A DNA stretch of 64,000 nucleotides from Lytechinus pictus. Lineage: Eukaryota. Position 1 is the stretch's first letter. Every line of letters begins with the position of its first letter. The notes under the pieces were generated by a model, which was not told where the DNA came from, did no database searches, and worked only from the letters and a program-made list of their open reading frames with translations. The position numbers and the translations under genes are program-made. Shown here piece after piece: positions 46,758 to 61,192 of the stretch. The stretch covers positions 28,150,001 to 28,214,000 of the forward strand of contig NC_087251.1 of assembly GCF_037042905.1 (NCBI RefSeq), read 5' to 3'.

Positions 46758-48370
46758 CATGGGTGTCGATCAGTATTCTTGGTTGGGGGGGATGATGACA
46801 CAAAAGTTCTTGTGGATGGGGATCTTTCAACATTACCCCCACTAAAATCACGAGTTAGGACATTTGGGAGTGATTGATATGCATGGTGTTCTTGGAAATT
46901 CCTTCAGTGTAGTGTACTGTACTTATATAATTTTTTTTTAAATTCAATTTGTGTTACAAGTAAGCCTATTCTAAACTCATATGAAAGAAAAAATGACAAA
47001 AATTTTCTGGAACATGTACATAGTGATCTGTTGATTGAGCATGATGTATACACAGGGGCATTGATCCATTTTTCAGATGGGGGGGGGGGCAAAATCATGA
47101 ATCAACGTTCCAAAGACGCTCGATCATATAAAACGAACAAACTCACCCACACACCCCTACACATAGGCCTATATTATATATATATATATATATGAATCAT
47201 GAGAAAGAGACACATATCTCAACCTCACCAACAATGCGACCGCGAAGCGCGAGCTGAAAATTTTTAGTATGACATGAAAACAGGAAAAATGTACCTGTTT
47301 AGGTTTGCTTGTAGTAACTCATGAGGAGCATAGATACATTTATCTCACTAGCGAGCAAGCTAAAATTTCTTTATATTCTGACGTGAAAGCTTGATATTCT
47401 AAGCACTTTTGGTACCAATGATTAAGATGGGTATCTAGAAGAACAATAGATGCGAGCGCAAAGCGTCAGCTGAAAATTTTAATATTTCGATCTGGACAAA
47501 AAGACAATTTAATGGACGCTTTTAATAAAGAACAAGATATATATCCAACAAAAGATTATTGCAAATCGAAGCGGGAGTTCTTTCGAGGTATAGAGCTGAA
47601 AACGGGACATTCTATTCACCTATTTAATCATGAAAAGTATGGGGTTTTGGTACAGAAATTATGCGAGCGCGAAGCGCGAGCTGAAAAATTTTATATTCCG
47701 ATCTGAAAAGCAGACATTTTGAGCACGATTTTAGATCAAAATCGAGTTGGTATCTTAATCTCGCTTGCTGGTTTCAGTGTAGCATTACAATCTTATTTTA
47801 TTTTTAGTTGCACATGCGGAATTATTGGGAGGGGGGCAAAACGATATGTTCCCCCCAAATATTTTCATTGGTGGGGCTATTACTCTAATAGCTATATGGT
47901 AATTCCTTAGACGATTTATCTTGCCACCCTTTTACTCCCGTTTGTTTTTCCACCCTTTTGAATTAATTGATTTATTAAAATTAATTCATTCACCACTGGT
48001 GGGATGGAACACCCTATCAACAAAAGTTGTTTTTCGTTGGGGTCCTTTTATGTCATGTGTTAAAAATTATCATATACATAAACATTTCATTCTTTTTCAT
48101 CTTGAACTTCCACCCATCTGTTTAATAGTCCTGAAAAAGAATGTTTTCATTTAACAATATACACAAATTGTGAGGGAAACAAACTGATTGATGGTATACT
48201 ATAATCATCGCTATAATCATCATGATCAAACTTTTCATTTTTTCATCATCATTATTATAATTTTTCTACCCTAAATTATTGGGGGGGATGATAATACAGG
48301 CCATCCCCCCCACTTGAAATATTGGGGGGGATATATCCCCCCCCCCATCCCCCCGTGATCGACACCCATG
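46758..48370. mobile_element. hAT-like non-autonomous element with 8-bp TSD
   Basis: TACAAGAC|CATGGGTGTCGATCA ... TGATCGACACCCATG|TACAAGAC; contains a further nested element (about 47053-47880) with gcgaagcgcgagc repeats. Confidence 0.88.
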
Positions 48371-51300
48371 TACAAGACATTGTCATGCCTTGTACACCGC
48401 CAGCTCATAGCCGAGATCATCACACCAGCAGCTTCTTAAGACTCCCAAAACATGTGTAGCCTATGGTTCACGAGCTTTCTCTGTCGCAGCACCTTATCTT
48501 TTGCCATTGAATTTAAGAATTATATCATCACTGGAGACTTTCAAATCTAAACTGAAGAATTTTCTTTTCTAACACTATTATTGGCACTTTGACACTCATC
48601 CAAACTCTCTCTTTCTTTCTTTTTCTTTGGCGGCTCGGAATATAATATTTCTAGATATATATTGATTGATAATGATAGGATGATATGAAGATGATGGTTA
48701 ATTAGGATAACAGTTAACTGAGTTTAGATGATGATGGTAAAGATAGTGATGGTTGGGATGATAGAGATATGATATATATAGGGAGGATGATGATGGTTAC
48801 GCTAATAGGGAGGAGTTAGGATGATATGAAGATGATCCATGGCATTTAAGATGATAGGGAGGATGATATGATGATTTCAATAATAGGGAGTATCGGAAGA
48901 TATGAGGATCAAGGTATGATGAAAGTGAAGATAATGATGCCAGATGGTTATAGGAGACGATGTTATGATGAAAGTGAAGATGATGATATCTTGGATGATA
49001 GATATGGAAGATGATGATGGTTAGGTTGGTAATTAAGGATTGAGGATTAGGATGATATGAGGATGATCAAGATTATATAGTAATGATGATGAGGATAATG
49101 ATGGTTATGATAGTGAAGATGGTTGGATGATTAACTGTTAGTATGATGATGTGAGGACAATGATGGTTTGGATGATAATAATGGTTATGATGATCATGAT
49201 AGCAAAGATATGATGGTTATATAGAATGAGGACCGGCCGTGACATTGCAGGACCGATCAGTGAGGATATATTCATCATAGTGATGAAGATCTATATATAT
49301 GTTGATGGTGATGAAGATGATTGATGATAGTGGTGATGATGTTGGAATTCATGATTTTTATAATATTATTTATGGGTATGATATTAAAACCAATTGAGAG
49401 GAATGATGATGAACAATAATTGACCCCCCCCCCCCCCCCCCCCACTACCTGCGCGTTGAGCAGATGATCACACACGTGGATCATGGTGGCCAGTTTGAAT
49501 CCATTTGAACAGTAGTGAATGGGGAATTGGATTCTTTGCATGCTCAGTCAAATTTTCCCCAAGTAAAGGAGGTGGCAAGCCAGCATGGTTGTATTTGAAG
49601 GACGTCCCTAAATTTCTCGATGTGTTTTTATCCTAACTGCAAGTTGCAACTAAACAATTACATTTTTTCCTGCAAAATATGCCCACCGGGTGACGAGGAT
49701 GATGCGGCCGCCGCAGCGACGGGGCAGAGCTGTTTCTACCGCACGCTGAAATGAAGGTCTTCTGCTGCTTAAAAGTGACGTGTTACCATTACCAAGCCAT
49801 CGTCCAAAAAACTCCATAGTCCATTGCGTTATTCCACAAAATCTATAATGCAATCCTTCGGTGTCAGCTATAGATCTAACTTTAGAAGGAAGAAATGATT
49901 TCTACAACTACAGTTTTATGAATAACCGCCGTATGAGAAAAGACAAAACGGAGCTGAGTTGCAAAAAAGGAATTTCCCAGACCAGGGGGCAGGATCAGGA
50001 CACACATTCCCAAGCCAGGCAAGCACTACAGTTTGATTTTTTTTTACTCCACATGTACCGTATGTCTTTTGAAGTCAATTAAAGTTACATGCCGAAAAAT
50101 GTCAGACACATAACTGGACCTAAACCAAAATACAATCATTGACATTGATTCCATTGTGACTCGCGTGATTTACAAAAAAAATTTAACTTCTTGAATTAAG
50201 ATTAAAATTGTGTAAGGCTAAGTTAGGGCCTACGTAGGCTTATTGCAGACTTGGTTTTCCTATTTATTTCAATCAAAGTACGGTATTGCTAATTCACATT
50301 GTCCAACAAAAATTTTGAATTTACAGTCGCTTTTGCAAGTTATTTGCATGCTGTGACTCGCTTGACGAAACACTATGAAGATTACTGAACTTACTGAATG
50401 TCTGTAATTTCTTCCGAAGATACCAGTGACCAGATTTTGATATAATTTTCTGGAGAGTATTTTGAAAATCTGGAAATATGTTAAAAATTCATTAATGCCT
50501 GACATTTTGATTTGAGTCGATTGCCATTTGAAAATGTGACTCGCGTGACACAGGAGTGTGACGCGCATGACAAGTATCATTTTGGGCTATAAAGCCCAGC
50601 GCGCACTATCTATGCGATCCGATGCGACGCGATTTTTTAATAAATCACATTTTGCACTTTTAATAAATGTAAAAGTTACAAGAAGTAAAATGATTCAATT
50701 TAAAGTTTGGCATAATGTTAGGAATAACAAAATCATAATTTTGCTTTGCGGCAAGCCCTGTGGTCGGAGTAAAGTCCAAATCGTCTTCAAGTCGCAGACG
50801 ATGATGATGTCATTACGATTTGGATTTGAATTTTACTTTTATTCCTATACAGAGAGGCTCAAACTACTCTGAATTTGATTTCCGTAGTGTAGTCCTACCA
50901 CTGTTCTGAACTTTGATTGCCAATATTAATTGGTTAGATTGTTCATATCAAATGTTATTACAATTTCTTTGAAATTCGGATCCCAACAAATAGCTTAAGG
51001 GCTTAAGTTGAACAAATTATCATGATTTTATACAGTATAATGGGCCAAATCTCCCCAAAATATTGCTCGTTTTGTGATATGTGACTCACATGACCCTAAA
51101 AAAACCTCGCGGAACAGCACTTTCGGGTGTTTTTTCATAATGAGTTAGGACATTATGCTCCTTACTTTTTATTAACTACAAATTATACTACCGGTACCTA
51201 ATATTTTTTAGGTAAACTAAAATACAGATGTTTTTTTGTGAATCGCGTTACATATTTCAAGGGTGATTCTAACTTGAAATATTGTCCAGCTCAGTTGAAA

Positions 51301-51512
51301 AAAGGTGCAAAAAACAAAGTGATAAGTTAAAATGGCTATAAGATTTAATAGACAGAATCCAAAAAAAATTATGTATTTACAGACAACAGAACATAATTTT
51401 ATGCAAATTTGACATCTCTTTAGGATTGTGTACAGTAACTCGGTCATTTGTATGTGAAAGGCAGAGAAAAATCAGATTTACACCTTATGGACATGTCCTA
51501 GCCAAAAATAGA

Positions 51513-52598
51513 CAGTCAGACCGCAGGTCCCTATGCTAATGAGCAAAAAGGCCAGATTCATCCAAATCATCTCGTGGCTGAATCCTCCTCCTTGCAAAAT
51601 ATTGTGATTCGTGAGATTTTCTTTCTCTAAGAATTTACCTGTTTTAACCTCAAGTTATAAATGAAATATTATTGCACCATCAGATAGAGTAAAAGTTACT
51701 CTTTCATATTGGTCATTTATTTTGTATACAATATTTTGTTAAATAAGTAAATTTCTGGCCTGAAATTGTGCCTCAAAACTGAATTTTCTTCCTCTGTTTT
51801 CTTTTGCAAATTGTGCAAAACTTTTTATTTTGAGCCTCAATGATATCTATATCACCATAAAGCTGAACTTCTGTACTTTCTCACAATTCCACTCTTGATA
51901 TGCGGCACCTTTTAATCAGGTCAAGATCACACTTTTCCCGCCAAGGTACAAGACGAGATTTCTGAAATTTTGTACTTGCATGAAATCCAGAGTTCTGATT
52001 GGCTGGATAAGGTTCACAGAACAACAGGCGCGGGGTATTTGAGGAGATTACCACATGGGAAGTGTGACCTTCCCACGAACCCAAGCACTGGAACCGTTGG
52101 AATTTGCCATTGTGTGGTCTTTTTGACCAATCAGAGTGCAGTTTACTTGTTTTCAAGCTGCTTTATGTACTTGGCAAATGAAAAGTGTGATCTTGACCCG
52201 ATTAAACCAATTCTTATTTTGAAACCTATATCATTTCAAAGCATACATATTCAGCTTTATCATGATATAAAAATCATTTGGGCTCAAACAAAAATAAAGT
52301 GTGAAAATAGCAGCTTTTGTCAGGTGAAAATATTTATTTTGTAGCATATTTTAGATCAAAATTTTAACCTAAATTACAAAATCTTTGAATAAATCCAAAC
52401 ACATGACCTGAAAGAATGATTCTTCTTCTTTACAATGGTACCAAATTCATGAAATTCGATGCATAATTAGAGCAGCAATGACCGAATGAAAAGAGGTGTT
52501 TTGGTCCGCATCAAGCTCATTAAATATGCAAAACATCTCAAGTCATGAATATCACTTGGATGAAAGAAGCCACTTTCTTGGGACCTGCAGTCTGACTG
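51513..52598. mobile_element. Non-autonomous DNA transposon with 19-bp TIR and apparent 4-bp TSD TAGA
   Basis: taga|CAGTCAGACCGCAGGTCCC ... GGGACCTGCAGTCTGACTG|taga (one mismatch). Confidence 0.82.
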
Positions 52599-52963
52599 TA
52601 GATATTCTTCATTGATTGGTTTGACTTGAAATTTGAAGCCTAGGGTGTCTAGTTACATGGAATTGCTGGTATAGATCTTGACCTATTATAGTTGTGCAAA
52701 TTTGAATAATTTTATGGAAAAAATAATTGGAAAAAAAATGCGGTTAACAGTAATTATTTACTGATTTTAGACTAGGTTAGTATAGATAACCTCGTAATAG
52801 TGTGAGTGGGTTATTGCTTTACTTTCTCCAAATACATGCAGGTCTGTGAGATGTAATTGCCAAATATCCAAAACATAAAGCTGTGTGCCGTGATTCAACA
52901 ACTTTGGCCTATTTCTGCTGCGCAAGTGCTGATATTGATTAAGTCACTATCACTTTTGATATG

Positions 52964-53170
52964 ATATAATAATAGCCAATTTTTATAAAGCGCTTTTCCC
53001 AGAATGGCCCAAAGCGCGTTACAGCATATTATTACCCCGGTCATTGGATTCATTTCAATCCCGCACGAAAAGTGCACAATTTCCACTACCTGGGGAGCAT
53101 TCCTTGCATTCATCGCAGCCTCATTATGGCGCTGGCAAATTCAAACATACAATATCTTTCGCATCCTACC
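52964..53170 (-). mobile_element. 3' part of a SINE with an L2-like tail
   Basis: Minus strand ends ...gcgctttgggccattctgggaaaagcgctttataaaaattggctattattat, a stem-loop plus short-repeat tail typical of L2-dependent SINEs. Confidence 0.6.
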
Positions 53171-53567
53171 GGATTACATTTGTATTACATACAAATTTAA
53201 AATCTCTTTCGTCTCTAACAACTGACATGTTTATTCAGCTCTGCACACAATCACACATTCACTCTGAAAAGCTAGCGCATGTGTTTGATACAGCACATCG
53301 CATTTCCTATTTACTCGACAGAGATGTCCGATATTTGGGAGAAGCTTTGTTAAGGATTGTTAAACTTCAGCCTGGTTTTTAGTTTCACATAGATCTAGAC
53401 CATATGCAGAGATTTTTTACTTGTACCGTACACTCAATAAGTAGATAAACACAAGGTACGATGATATGCCAGTGGCATACTTTACTAGACTGGAAAAAGA
53501 AGAAGAAACTGAGTGGAATGTGCCATCTCGGCAGCAATATTTCCTGCGAAAATCACCTTTCCCTCAT

Positions 53568-55892
53568 GGGCATTTTCACAACAGATGGACACAGAGGCAA
53601 AAAAATCAAGTTGATATTCATGTCAAATGCTTTATGTTTTTTAATAAAACAAGACCTGAAGTTTCTGAGACAAACTTTTTTTCCGACTCTGGCAGCCATT
53701 TTTTATTTCAAAATGGCTGCCAAAGTATGGATACAAATTAGTGTTGAAAATAGTATATTGATACATATTTTGTTTTGACAGATTTTTAAAGAACAGGTTT
53801 GATCATGATGTTTTTGCCTGTGATTTAGCTTGCTATTATAACACTTTTTTAAATCCCACAGAAAGAAACACCAGTAATTCATTCATCTGATAAAAAAACA
53901 TTGATGAAGTATGTGATATGGTATGTATTGTCAGTTACCGAAAACATGAACTTTTTTTTTTCATTTCCTGGAAAAGAGGATATATTATATGAAACTCTCT
54001 AGGTAACACCCCTCCCTTCTACACCAAAATTAAAGATTACCAATTAACAATGAAGCCATAGGGTACCATTAAATATATGTAATGTCAGTTACCAAGTGGA
54101 AAATGTAATGTCAGTTACCGAGATGTAATGTCAGTTACCATGATAAAACGTTGGTTACCAATATTGAAATGCAAATATGTGGTAAATTTTATGGTGAAGA
54201 AATATTGTATACTTGTTATTTAAGTCTTTCACTTTAAAAGTCACACCAGAAGGAGCTTGCTATTGACTTTTAAAAGGTATAGTTCACAAGGAATACTATA
54301 TGAAATTATGAAGGAAGTTGCATTTCCATCGTGCAAAAAAAAATACTATGAAATTGTTTTGTACATGCACTTACCAAGTACCTAATTGTTTGTATCAGAC
54401 AATTTTTTGTTTGGTTTTCAGGGGGGGGGGGGGTAGGGGGTACTTTCCCCAACTTATTGCCTAAATCTGCATCATTTTTTAAGCTTAACATTGCGATGAA
54501 GGGGATTTCCAGGGTCCCTTTTTTAGTTTCTAGGATTCTTTTGAGCATTGCCTCGCTAAAAGTAAATTCCTTGTTTTTATACCTGTTAGTAGTGTGGATG
54601 TGTGATACAATTTTGTTTTTGGTTTACAAGTATAGATGAAAAGTGAAATTTGACAGCTCTGATCAATGTTGCATGGATCTACTAAAACTGTGGGTTTTTT
54701 TTCAAATTTACAAATAGTTCAGTTTCAGTTTAGAAGCTGGAGTTTATTTTTTGTTGACAGCTTATAAAAGAAATTAGCAAAGAAAATGATTAAACAAATT
54801 ATGAAGAGAATTGAAATCCGACAGATATGAACAAGCATTGCTTGCACTGACCAGAATAGAAATCAATAAAACTACATGGCTGCATGAGATTCGGGGGAGG
54901 GGTACATGTAGCCTAGGGGAGGAGACCCTCATTCATTTTGCCTTTTTGAGGGGAGGGCGAGGTTGGAGAAGGAAAAAGGTTTAAAAAGTCAATATAAAAC
55001 TGATGAATATATTATGGGTGTATAATCAGAAAAATCCATGTGTACAGTCAATGCAATATTAATTTACTATAGGAAAACATGTAGCTGCTATGACCCCCCC
55101 CCCCCCCCCCCCCCCCCCCGGAGTAAGTAAAACATACATTTCTTATCTTTGGATAATTAAAAATGTGAAGTATTATGAAACTTTTATGATTTTAAAAAGC
55201 CTTACATATAAGTACCAAGAAAATTATGCCTTTGAAAATCATATAGCACTGGTAAATGTTAATGTGTATTGTCAGTTACCGACAAGTAATGATAAAAATG
55301 TTCAAATCAAAGAAAAGAATTAAGAAAAAGAAAAAGTTTTTTCATTGAAATGTTCCTAAAAACTCGGGTATACTTCCACATCAAGCTCACTTTCATGTGA
55401 AGCCCTGCACAGAAGATACAATGCAATGATTCCACACATTTGACTTCCATGTGTTATCTCTATGGCAAATTAAGTGCAAAGTCAGTTACCGTAATGTCAG
55501 TTACCAGCATGGTTGTGGAAAAATTATCATAGTCCCCAAAAGACAAAAACGAATTGTTTAATATTTTGACACATCTTAACCTAGTAACGGAGGTATATTT
55601 ACATATTCAAATTATTACTCTATCTACTCAGGGACATGAGATATTTCAATTTTTAATGAACACCCTGAAATTGCATGTCCTTTAGCGTAATGTCAGTTAC
55701 GGACACATTTTTGCTTGCTGATGCGTAAAAAAATGTGGTTACATAGGAAAACTTAGTATCAGAGTATACAGCAAGGTTCACTTTATTAACTCTATCAAAA
55801 ACAAACTCCCATCATTTGTTGTTTTAGAGATACACACAATGAAAGGTGTGAAAACATTGTGCCGTGTAATGTCAGTTACCGTGAAAATGCCC
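53568..55892. mobile_element. Sola2-like non-autonomous DNA transposon
   Basis: tcat|GGGCATTTTCAC ... GTGAAAATGCCC|tcat (12-bp perfect TIR, 4-bp TSD); about nine internal (GTAAT)GTCAGTTAC motifs. The superfamily is inferred from GRG...CYC ends and the 4-bp TSD. Confidence 0.78.
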
Positions 55893-56470
55893 TCATGGGA
55901 TTTTTTTTGGGGGGATCATTTATATTTTGGAGTCCAAAATTAAACTATGGTCATTAATAGGAATTTTGGAAATCAAAATCATAGATTTTACCCCTAGATT
56001 GCTTGATTTTTTTTTGCCGTATTAGGATCTACTGTGTGTGCACTGTGCAGTGCAATAGAAAATAAGATAATATAATATACAATATAATATCAATATAGGA
56101 GATGCATCTAAGTCCTGGATCATATAGCTGTTGGGAGGGAGTTGAAGTAATTTTTGTCTAATATTTGGGCACTTTACTCTAACTGTAATGTAAATTAGTG
56201 TTAGACCAACATTAATTTTGTAGGTGACAGTAGGTCGCTGATTTTATTTTCTAATCCTAAAGTAAGAAAAATGATACTCATTTCATATCTACTGAAGATA
56301 AGGATTCATATACCTACAGAACAGGCCGAAAGTTAGGGCCATCCTCACATTTAGCAGATAATCATACATAACACTGCATTCTGCATATAAGCAAATGTAA
56401 AATTTGAATATATTAAAACCGACTTGGGTTTGGCAGAAGTGCAATCAAAACCAGTTGGAAATATGCTTAA

Positions 56471-57065
56471 AGGGTAATCCAACCCATATAAAAACTTGTT
56501 TTTATAAGGAAAAGAAAAATCAGACAAGTTGATAGGTGAAAGTTTGAACAATATTGGACAAATAACAAGAAAGTTATGAATTTTTAAAAGTTGTAAATAT
56601 TGGTAATCACTATACCCATGGAGACTTCGAATTGGCCGCATACGGGATGTCATGGTGATGTAAGGCAAGGACTACTCTTTCATGTACTCCAATACATATT
56701 ATGGCTAAAATGTAATTTTTCCTAAAAGTTTTATTTCAAATTATATTTTTCTTTCATGAGAATATAAAACAATATACTACCTGGGTTATATTTAGATTAC
56801 TGCCCCAGGGGAATGGGTACTTAGGAGAAAACCACAAATCCCTGATAATAAAGTACATGGCCTATGAGAAAGTTATCCTTGCCCCTTGTCATAATTTACT
56901 TACCCAGTTGCCAATTTGAAATCTACATAGTATTAGTGATCTCAATTTTAAAACAGCTATAACTGTCTTATTGCTTGTCCGATTTCTTTCAAACTTTCAC
57001 CATTCTGTTTAATTTATTTTTCTCCTTCCCAAAACAACATTTTATGGCCAAGGCTGGATTCCCCT
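56471..57065. mobile_element. Kolobok-like MITE (TTAA TSD)
   Basis: ttaa|agggtaatccaacc ... ggctggattcccct|ttaa; inverted gtgaaagtttgaa / ttcaaactttcac. Confidence 0.8.
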
Positions 57066-58680
57066 TTAAAAATGTGATGTCATGGAACTGCCATAGCCCA
57101 TCCAGTATCAATCCATTTGAATGAATTCATGCAGTGTTTCATTTGTGGCCTTAAACTTTTGGCCTGTACTGTAAGGACTATACCAAATTTATATGTTCTA
57201 TAAGTATCCATGAAAGCCATAGTTTGCTTGAATTTCCATTAGTTACTACATGTAGTAGCACAAGGCTTGGCCACCTGGGATGAATGTCATTTTTAATAAT
57301 TAATTATTTCCTAAAAGAATAATCAAATGATTTGATTGTTCTGGATTCATTGTCTTCCAAATCACAATAGTTGACCTAAGTAATAATGACCTCCCAAATA
57401 CAGAAATTTACCTGCAAAGTCACCTGTTAGAAAATAGATCTCAATGGGGTTTTAGTTATTGAACATAGGGTCAAGAGTATTGTCTGTTTCTCAGAAATGA
57501 AATTAGGCGTATTGTTCCCCCTTCTCTTGAAATTATGAAATGAGATTAAAATTTTTAATTTATTGTTACAATGAAAAATATCTTGTAAATCAATGCTTGT
57601 ATTATGCATCCCTCCAAGTGCATCCCTGCATATGAACGTGTCAGCCCGGATTGAGTTTTGACATCTGCATTCCAAAGTCCGATTAAGAGTAAAGTTCCCT
57701 AATATCAGACGGTTCCAAATGGAAATGACTTCAACTACCCCCCCACTACTATAGATTCAAGCGTGACATATGTAAGAATGTATTTTCTATTGCACAGCAC
57801 ACACAGTAGACTCAGGATGCTGCTCAACAATGTTCAACAAAAATATTCCAGGGAAAAATTCAGATACATGTACCACCAGCACAACTTTCCAGTTATGGGA
57901 AATTGATTATGGGCAGTACAGTTTCCATTGAATAAATCCCGGGTTTTAAGTACATATACATGAAAATATCAAAGCCATATTCTTATAATGTGGCAAGATT
58001 ATATGATGACAGTTTCAACATGTATGACTTACAATTTGACAATTTAAACTCCACATTTTGTCAAACTTCTGATTCCAACACTGAACAGATAAAAGATGAG
58101 AATTGTTTGAATGTATTATTTTTAACTCTATGTTTCACAATTGTGGCTGCACATTATATGTGCAGTCTAGTGATTTAAAACCATATTTTAAAGAAATATT
58201 ATATTGCACCATGTAAGACTGCTTGGACAAACCTGTGCAAATGCTGTACAATTCTGTTTCCCCATGATTTTTCAATTTCTTGAAACTTCCACATTTCCAC
58301 TGCAAGGTCATGTCTTAAATTACCTCATCCTCCACCATGGTGGCCTTGGATTCCACATTGGCCTTTTGGGGGGTTTTCCCTTGTTAATTTTTCTCATTTG
58401 TGCTGCAATATATAAAGGTAGATTTTGAAAAGTGCCCTTGCCCTAAAAATATTTAATTTGAAGGCCTGCAAGTGTTTGTTTCAGCAGTTAAAGTGAGATA
58501 AGACTTCTACTACGTGAGATAGCCGATATGTGTTCCCTGTTTTATCAGGTTTTTTTTTATAGTGTTAGTGAATTTCCTGTAACCCTTATCAATTCTTTTA
58601 CAAATTATGAACTTTCAAGTTTGCATTCAAATGCTTAAAAAGGTTAAATACAAAATAACTGTTTATTTTGAAAAATCAGA

Positions 58681-58850
58681 AGAGTGTTTCATGAAAGGAC
58701 TTGTCAGATGTTTTATCCGACAAGTCCTGATTTATATGACAGTTACATCAGGCTGGTTACATTGTAACAGTTCTTTTCAGCCAATCATATTCAAGGATAG
58801 TTGTCAGATCTGACAACTTGTCAGACAGAAATGTTCATGAAACGCTCCCC
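58681..58850. mobile_element. Small Harbinger/Tourist-like MITE, same family as 41486-41655
   Basis: agagtgtttcatgaaagga ... ttcatgaaacgctcccc; shares tcagccaatca and gacagtta internal motifs. Confidence 0.65.
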
Positions 58851-58995
58851 TTATTTCAATATTTAGTTGATGAATGAATATTGAATCTTATTTAGCACCC
58901 AAAAATACATGCAACTTACAGTTTATGAAACACAACCCAGGTACACGTAGCTGAAGGTAGCATTCTTAACCAAAATTCTTTCTTTTGATTTATAG

Positions 58996-59297
58996 GTTCT
59001 GATGATACCGCTCCTCCAGCGGACAATAAATTCCCTTTTCCAGATGTGGAACTTGTGACGGAAACAGAAAGTGAGGAATGTGCTGCTCAAGAAAATGAAG
59101 AGAACATACAGAATGGTAAAAGCAATGAAGATCTGATGCAAGTCTAGTCCAGTGTGGTCCAAATTGCAGTAGAACTAGAGAATGGCTACATGTACATGTA
59201 TATGAGCACCAAGGATCTTAAAAGAATGGCTAGGAAAGAGACGAAAGTTGTGCAGTTCATGAACTTTAAGAAGAGGATTTCACATGATCCTGATCAA
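58996..59297 (+). pseudogene. PDCD2: PDCD2 pseudogene internal exon with premature stop
   Basis: ttatag|GTTCTG...TCAA|gtatgt; ADNKFPFPDVELVTETESE and DLKRMARKETKVVQFMNFKKRISHDPDQ; TAG at 59145-59147. Confidence 0.82.
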
Positions 59298-59551
59298 GTA
59301 TGTCTGCTTTAATAAAAAATGCATTTAAGGTTTTTTAAGTAAGGGGGGGGGTAAATCATAATAGAAGAAAACTAACCAGCAATTTGGGTGAATTGTATTT
59401 ACAGGAGGCAAGAAAGATTTTTTTTTTTCTGTCTCCATCAATCAAATTTGAATATACATATGGCACTTACATGACATTTGCTAGAGACGAAATAGCACCC
59501 CCCTCCACCTTTCACAAAAAAAAGGTTATCTTACATGCATTTCACCTTATT

Positions 59552-59979
59552 GGCCCGAATTCACAAAGGCGGTTTTGAAAACCCACGGTTGAATCCATGG
59601 TTTATGCAGATTTCCTGTATAAATTACACTTAATTTAGCGCATATCGGGCACGTGTATAAAAAAATGTCCAATGCTGATGTGCGCTTTTGTCACAGTGCG
59701 CCAAATTGACGCCTGTTGCCGTTGTTATCCACGCTATTTTATTCATGAGTCCACTGTTTTGAATTAATGAGTGTACTCTTCAAACAGTGGACTTATAAAG
59801 CGTATCTAACCATGGTGACAGGCGTCAATTTGGCACACTGACAAAAGCACGCATCAGCATTGGACATTTGTTATACACGCGCCCGATACGCACTAAATTA
59901 AGCGTAATTTATACATGAAATCTGCATAAACCATGGACTCAACCGTGGGTTTTCAAAACCACCTTTGTGAATTTGGGCC
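59552..59979. mobile_element. Almost fully palindromic Harbinger/Tourist-like MITE
   Basis: att|GGCCCGAATTCACAAAGG ... CCTTTGTGAATTTGGGCC|att; arms of about 200 bp pair nearly to the centre. Confidence 0.88.
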
Positions 59980-61160
59980 ATTGTTTCAAGTACATTCTCA
60001 ACAACTTTTCTTTCAAAAAATCAAGACACTTTCTCTTGTCATTAATTCAAAAAGAAAATTGAAGGTCCATTATAAGGTTCATATGCAAGCTAATTTTGAA
60101 GGACTAATTGACTAATACCTCAGTCACATTTCCTCTAGTACGGCGGCAGTACGGCAAGTCATTTTAACATTTTTTGTACTGACTACATGTATAGGAGGTT
60201 TGAATAAAAATGAACAAAACGGCTTGTTTTTGCTTGCTTTACGGCTGCTGTAGGGAAAATATGACTAAGGTATAAAGCACTGGAACTGTCGGTTATGGAG
60301 GGAGAGAGTAAGAACAATTTATGCTCAAACCACTCAGCCTTCCCCATACTTGGAACTAAATCACTTTGATACTAATCATTTATTTTTCTTCTTTATTTCT
60401 TTTTTAAAGGCTCCGTTGTATCAGAAGGATGGTCTACTATTTGTATCTGCAAGTGATAAGAGATTGCTCTTTGTTCCGGTTAAAGACATTTTGATGCCAG
60501 GTGATTTGATGTTAAGGCTTGAAAAATTGTTTATTTGTTTATAACTGAAGTGGATATTCTGGATATGTGTATAATTATTCTGGATGTATTTTCTGCATGT
60601 ACATGTACTTTATACTTTTCATGAGAAATGGGATAGGCCTACAATTCTTGCACCGACCCCATCAAGGGTGGCATGAGTTTTATAGCCCCCCAAAAAATGT
60701 TGATTAATGCCCTCTACAGCCCACATAAATCGTCATCCAGTTAATAATTCATATCACTTTCCATGTACCTAACATTTGACGTGAAGTGAAAAGAATCTTT
60801 CACTGGTCAGTAAGTTACATGCAGGCATTTCTGCTGATTTGAGCTTATTCCATTATTTTCATTTATTTTCACGATTGTGGGGTCAAGTTAAAATACATTT
60901 CTCTGACTACTCTGATTACAGATGTAGTCTTGATGGGTTTTCTGGGGGGGTATTGAGTTTTTTATTTGAAATTTTATGTTTGTTGACAATATTTATACCA
61001 AAAAATAATAATTTATGTAATGAGTTTAGATGTTTTAATTACAACAATGACAGATATGTGATGTTCTCATTTTTCTATCATTTTTTTTGTCAGACACATG
61101 CACTACACACTCACATGTATGTATGGGACTGCATAAAAGTTTTACCCAAATGTGTCGGCT

Positions 61161-61192
<32 letters not shown>

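Larger units (their letters stand above)
46048..48570 (+). mobile_element. L2-clade LINE 3' fragment split by two DNA-transposon insertions
   Basis: Rejoined pieces (46048-46114, 46615-46757, 48371-48570) give KLQYAQN.AARVLTG, HISQILKNLH*LPI, LLLLTWKVLNGSAPKYLQD, YGSRAFSVAAP and SLETFKSKLK, typical of the L2 ORF2 C-terminus. Confidence 0.82.
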
